Below the pieces are notes generated by a model. The model made no database searches. It worked only from the letters and a program-made list of their open reading frames with translations, and had not been told where the DNA came from. 64,000 bases of DNA from an uncultured Microthrixaceae bacterium. Lineage in GTDB: Bacteria; Actinomycetota; Acidimicrobiia; Acidimicrobiales; DATDAH01. Numbering within the stretch: position 1 is the stretch's first letter; each line of letters starts with the position of its first letter. The position numbers and the translations under genes are program-made. The stretch covers positions 36,632 to 100,631 of the forward strand of contig CAZWMT010000015.1 of the NCBI GenBank assembly GCA_964635055.1. Reading direction: 5' to 3'. Below are positions 61,598 to 64,000 of the stretch, in pieces.

Positions 61598-64000
61598 CTG
61601 ACCGAGCTCCTCCGCTTCGTCCTTCTGGGCCTGGGCGTCGGCGCGGTCTACGCGCTGACCGCTCAAGGCCTGGTCCTCATCTACCGCGGGTCGGGCGTCG
61701 TCAACTTCGCCCAAGGCGCCTTCGCCATGATCGGCGCCTTCCTCTACTACGAGGGCATCGACGAGCGGGGATGGCCACCGGCGATGGCCTGGCTCGTGGC
61801 CATCTCATTGCCTGCCGTCCTCGGCGTCCTCACTCACGTCCTGGTGATGACCCGACTCCGCCAGGCATCGGCGCTCGTGCGAGTGGTGGCGACATTGGCG
61901 GTGTTCTTCCTACTCGTCGCCGCTGGCGCTCAGGTGTGGGGTGACGCCGGCAGCACCGTGCGTTCGCCGCTGGTGTCCACCCCCCGGGCGCTCTTCGGGG
62001 CCGGCAGCACCGTGCCACAGGACCGGCTCCTGCTCGCCGGCATCGCCATCGGCCTCACCGCGGTGTTGGCCGCCGTGTTTCGGTGGACCCGATTCGGGCA
62101 TGCCACCGACGCCGCCGCCGAGAACCCCGTGGCGGCGGCAGCCCTGGGCTACTCGCCCGACCGCATCGCAATGGTCAACTGGGCCGCCGGCGGCGCATTG
62201 GCTGCCGCCGCCGGCGTGCTGGTGGCGCCAATCCTGTTCTTGAGCGTCGCCGCCCTGGCCTTCACGGTTCTGCGGGGGCTGGCGGCGGCGCTGGTGGGGT
62301 CGTTCCGGTCGTTCTGGTGGACCCTGGCCGGCGCGTTCGGGATCGGCATCATCGAGTCGACCCTCAGCCTCTATCTCGAGGACAAGGGCATCCTCGGGCC
62401 CGTGGTGTCCGCCGACGGCCTCCTCTTCGGCAGGTTCACCGCAGTGTCGGTGTCGCGATCGGTGGCCTTCCTGGTGATCGTCGTCGTCCTCGTGGTCGGT
62501 GGACGCTCTCTGCCGCTGCGCTCGTCGATCCTCGACCGGCTACCGACCGTCGGCACCGGCCGGATCCCCCCACTCGTCACCGCCGCCGCCGTCGCGGTCA
62601 GTGCCGTCGTGTTGCTGACCGCCCCTGACGACTGGGCGCTGGCGCTGGTGATCACCATGGCCAGCGCCCTCGTGTGCTTGTCGCTGGTCGTGGTCACCGG
62701 CTTCGTCGGCCAACTCTCCCTGGCCCAGATGGCCATGGCCGGCTTCGGTGCCTGGGCCGCAGGCCGGCTGGCCACCACCTACGGGTGGGGCTTCGTCCCC
62801 GCCCTGATCGTCGGTGGCCTTGCGGCGGTGCCCTTGGGCGCCCTTGTGGCGCTGCCCGCGTTACGGACGCGGGGGATCAACCTGCCGGTGCTCACCTTCG
62901 GCCTGTCGGTGCTGGTCAGCGAGATGATCCTCGGCAACGCCGCCCTCACGGGCGGCTTCGAAGGAACCCGACCCGACCCCCCCGAGGTGTTCGGCCTCGA
63001 GGTGGACGCCCTCCACCACCCGGGCCGCTACGGCCTTGTCGCGCTGGTGGTGCTCACCCTGGCCTGCCTCGGGGTGGCGAACCTGCGTCGCGGTCGGGCC
63101 GGTCTGCGACTACTGGCGGTACGGGGCAACGAGCGGGCCGCCGCCGCACTCGGCGTGCACGTCCCGACTGCCAAGCTCTACGGGTTCTCGCTCGCCGCGG
63201 GGATCGCCGGCTTGGGCGGCGTATTGCTCGCCTTCCGGTCGGTCACCGTCAACTACGGCGCCTTCGTCGGGTTCGCCTCCATCGGTGTGCTGGTCAACGC
63301 GGTCATCGGCGGCATCGGCTTCGTTGCGGGCGCGCTCGTGGCGGGCACGTTCGCCCTCGGTGGGCTGGCGGGGCGGTTGACCGAGGCGCTCGGGTTCGAA
63401 GGTTCCGTCGTGGAACTCGTCTCCGGCGCGCTTCTGGTGGTCGTGCTCTTCGCGAACCCGAACGGCATCGCCGACAGCAACGCGCGGGCCCTGCGCCGTG
63501 TCGCCGGCCGGTGGTTCCGCCCGCCGAGCACGGCCCCGCTGCCCGAGCCCGCTGCGGTGTCGTTGCCCGGCGCCGTCCTCGAGGTACGTGACCTCACTGT
63601 CCGGTTCGGCGGCGTCACCGCCCTCGACGGCGTCGACCTGTCCGTGGCGCCGGGCGAGGTCCTCGGCCTCATCGGCCCCAACGGGGCGGGCAAGACCACC
63701 TTCATCGACGCCGTCACCGGCTTCGTCGCCAGCGGTGGCGAGGTGTCGCTCGACGGCTCCCGCATCGATGGGTGGTCGCCGGTGCGACGCGCCCGCGCCG
63801 GCCTCGGACGGTCGTTCCAGTCGCTTGAACTCATCGAGGACCTGACGGTGCGCGAGAACCTCCTCGTCGCCTGCGACGCCCACGACCTCAGCCGCTACGC
63901 AACCGACCTCGTCCACCCAGGCCGCCCCGCGTTGACCGTCGTCGCCGCCACCGCCGTGCGCGAGTTCGGGCTCGAACCCGACCTCGACGCCCTTCCCGAC
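61598..64000 (+). CDS. Second LivH-LivM-LivG-like triple fusion (3' partial, runs off the window); apparent CTG start
   Basis: This frame has no stop from 61586 to 64000, and it is absent from the ORF track because it has no stop. LivH-like GVVNFAQG; LivM-like VVVTGFVGQLSLAQMAMAGFGAW; ATPase GPNGAGKTT. The first canonical start (ATG 61727) would delete 43 conserved aa. CTG 61598 sits 7 nt after GGAG. Confidence 0.8.
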   Translation, partial: MTELLRFVLLGLGVGAVYALTAQGLVLIYRGSGVVNFAQGAFAMIGAFLYYEGIDERGWPPAMAWLVAISLPAVLGVLTHVLVMTRLRQASALVRVVATLAVFFLLVAAGAQVWGDAGSTVRSPLVSTPRALFGAGSTVPQDRLLLAGIAIGLTAVLAAVFRWTRFGHATDAAAENPVAAAALGYSPDRIAMVNWAAGGALAAAAGVLVAPILFLSVAALAFTVLRGLAAALVGSFRSFWWTLAGAFGIGIIESTLSLYLEDKGILGPVVSADGLLFGRFTAVSVSRSVAFLVIVVVLVVGGRSLPLRSSILDRLPTVGTGRIPPLVTAAAVAVSAVVLLTAPDDWALALVITMASALVCLSLVVVTGFVGQLSLAQMAMAGFGAWAAGRLATTYGWGFVPALIVGGLAAVPLGALVALPALRTRGINLPVLTFGLSVLVSEMILGNAALTGGFEGTRPDPPEVFGLEVDALHHPGRYGLVALVVLTLACLGVANLRRGRAGLRLLAVRGNERAAAALGVHVPTAKLYGFSLAAGIAGLGGVLLAFRSVTVNYGAFVGFASIGVLVNAVIGGIGFVAGALVAGTFALGGLAGRLTEALGFEGSVVELVSGALLVVVLFANPNGIADSNARALRRVAGRWFRPPSTAPLPEPAAVSLPGAVLEVRDLTVRFGGVTALDGVDLSVAPGEVLGLIGPNGAGKTTFIDAVTGFVASGGEVSLDGSRIDGWSPVRRARAGLGRSFQSLELIEDLTVRENLLVACDAHDLSRYATDLVHPGRPALTVVAATAVREFGLEPDLDALPD

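Overview
Very high-GC, actinobacterial-style DNA: GTG starts are frequent, many adjacent genes overlap by ATGA/GTGA, and the wrong frames carry long Arg/Pro/Gly-rich artefact ORFs. No rRNA, tRNA or CRISPR array was found. All calls come from reading the translated ORFs and the nucleotide text by eye; no searches were run.

The window has three parts.

(1) About 0-53 kb is a dense, paralog-rich, CoA-dependent catabolic supercluster. It holds SCP-x/Ltp-type thiolases with DUF35 partners, 3 acyl-CoA dehydrogenases, a double hot-dog hydratase, a crotonase and an acyl-CoA synthetase. It also holds 3 family III CoA-transferase genes (two are tandem two-domain fusions), 3 TauD/TfdA dioxygenases, 3 amidohydrolase-2 proteins and about 8 SDRs. 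Further genes are 2 LLM oxidoreductases, a P450, a Rieske ferredoxin and an MmgE/PrpD - LeuC/LeuD-like - MmgE/PrpD - D-aminoacylase operon. It ends in a Liv-type ABC importer.

(2) About 53.2-59.5 kb is a small accessory island. It has two decayed copies of an rve-type IS, a DUF3800 gene, an AbiEi/AbiEii-like pair and a second, truncated HTH/partner pair.

(3) About 59.5-64 kb holds a second TetR gene and a second Liv-type importer that runs off the window end.

The most interesting signals are these:
- A 16-bp palindrome, TGACAGT-NN-ACTGTCA, recurs at 10 or more promoter gaps across 45 kb and brackets a TetR gene. This looks like an undescribed regulon.
- A roughly 50-bp hairpin repeat family shows a compensatory stem change, and one copy sits in frame inside the acyl-CoA synthetase gene.
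- Both importers encode a LivH-LivM-LivG triple fusion that appears to start at CTG.
- 81-bp direct repeats bracket the IS copy plus the AbiE module.
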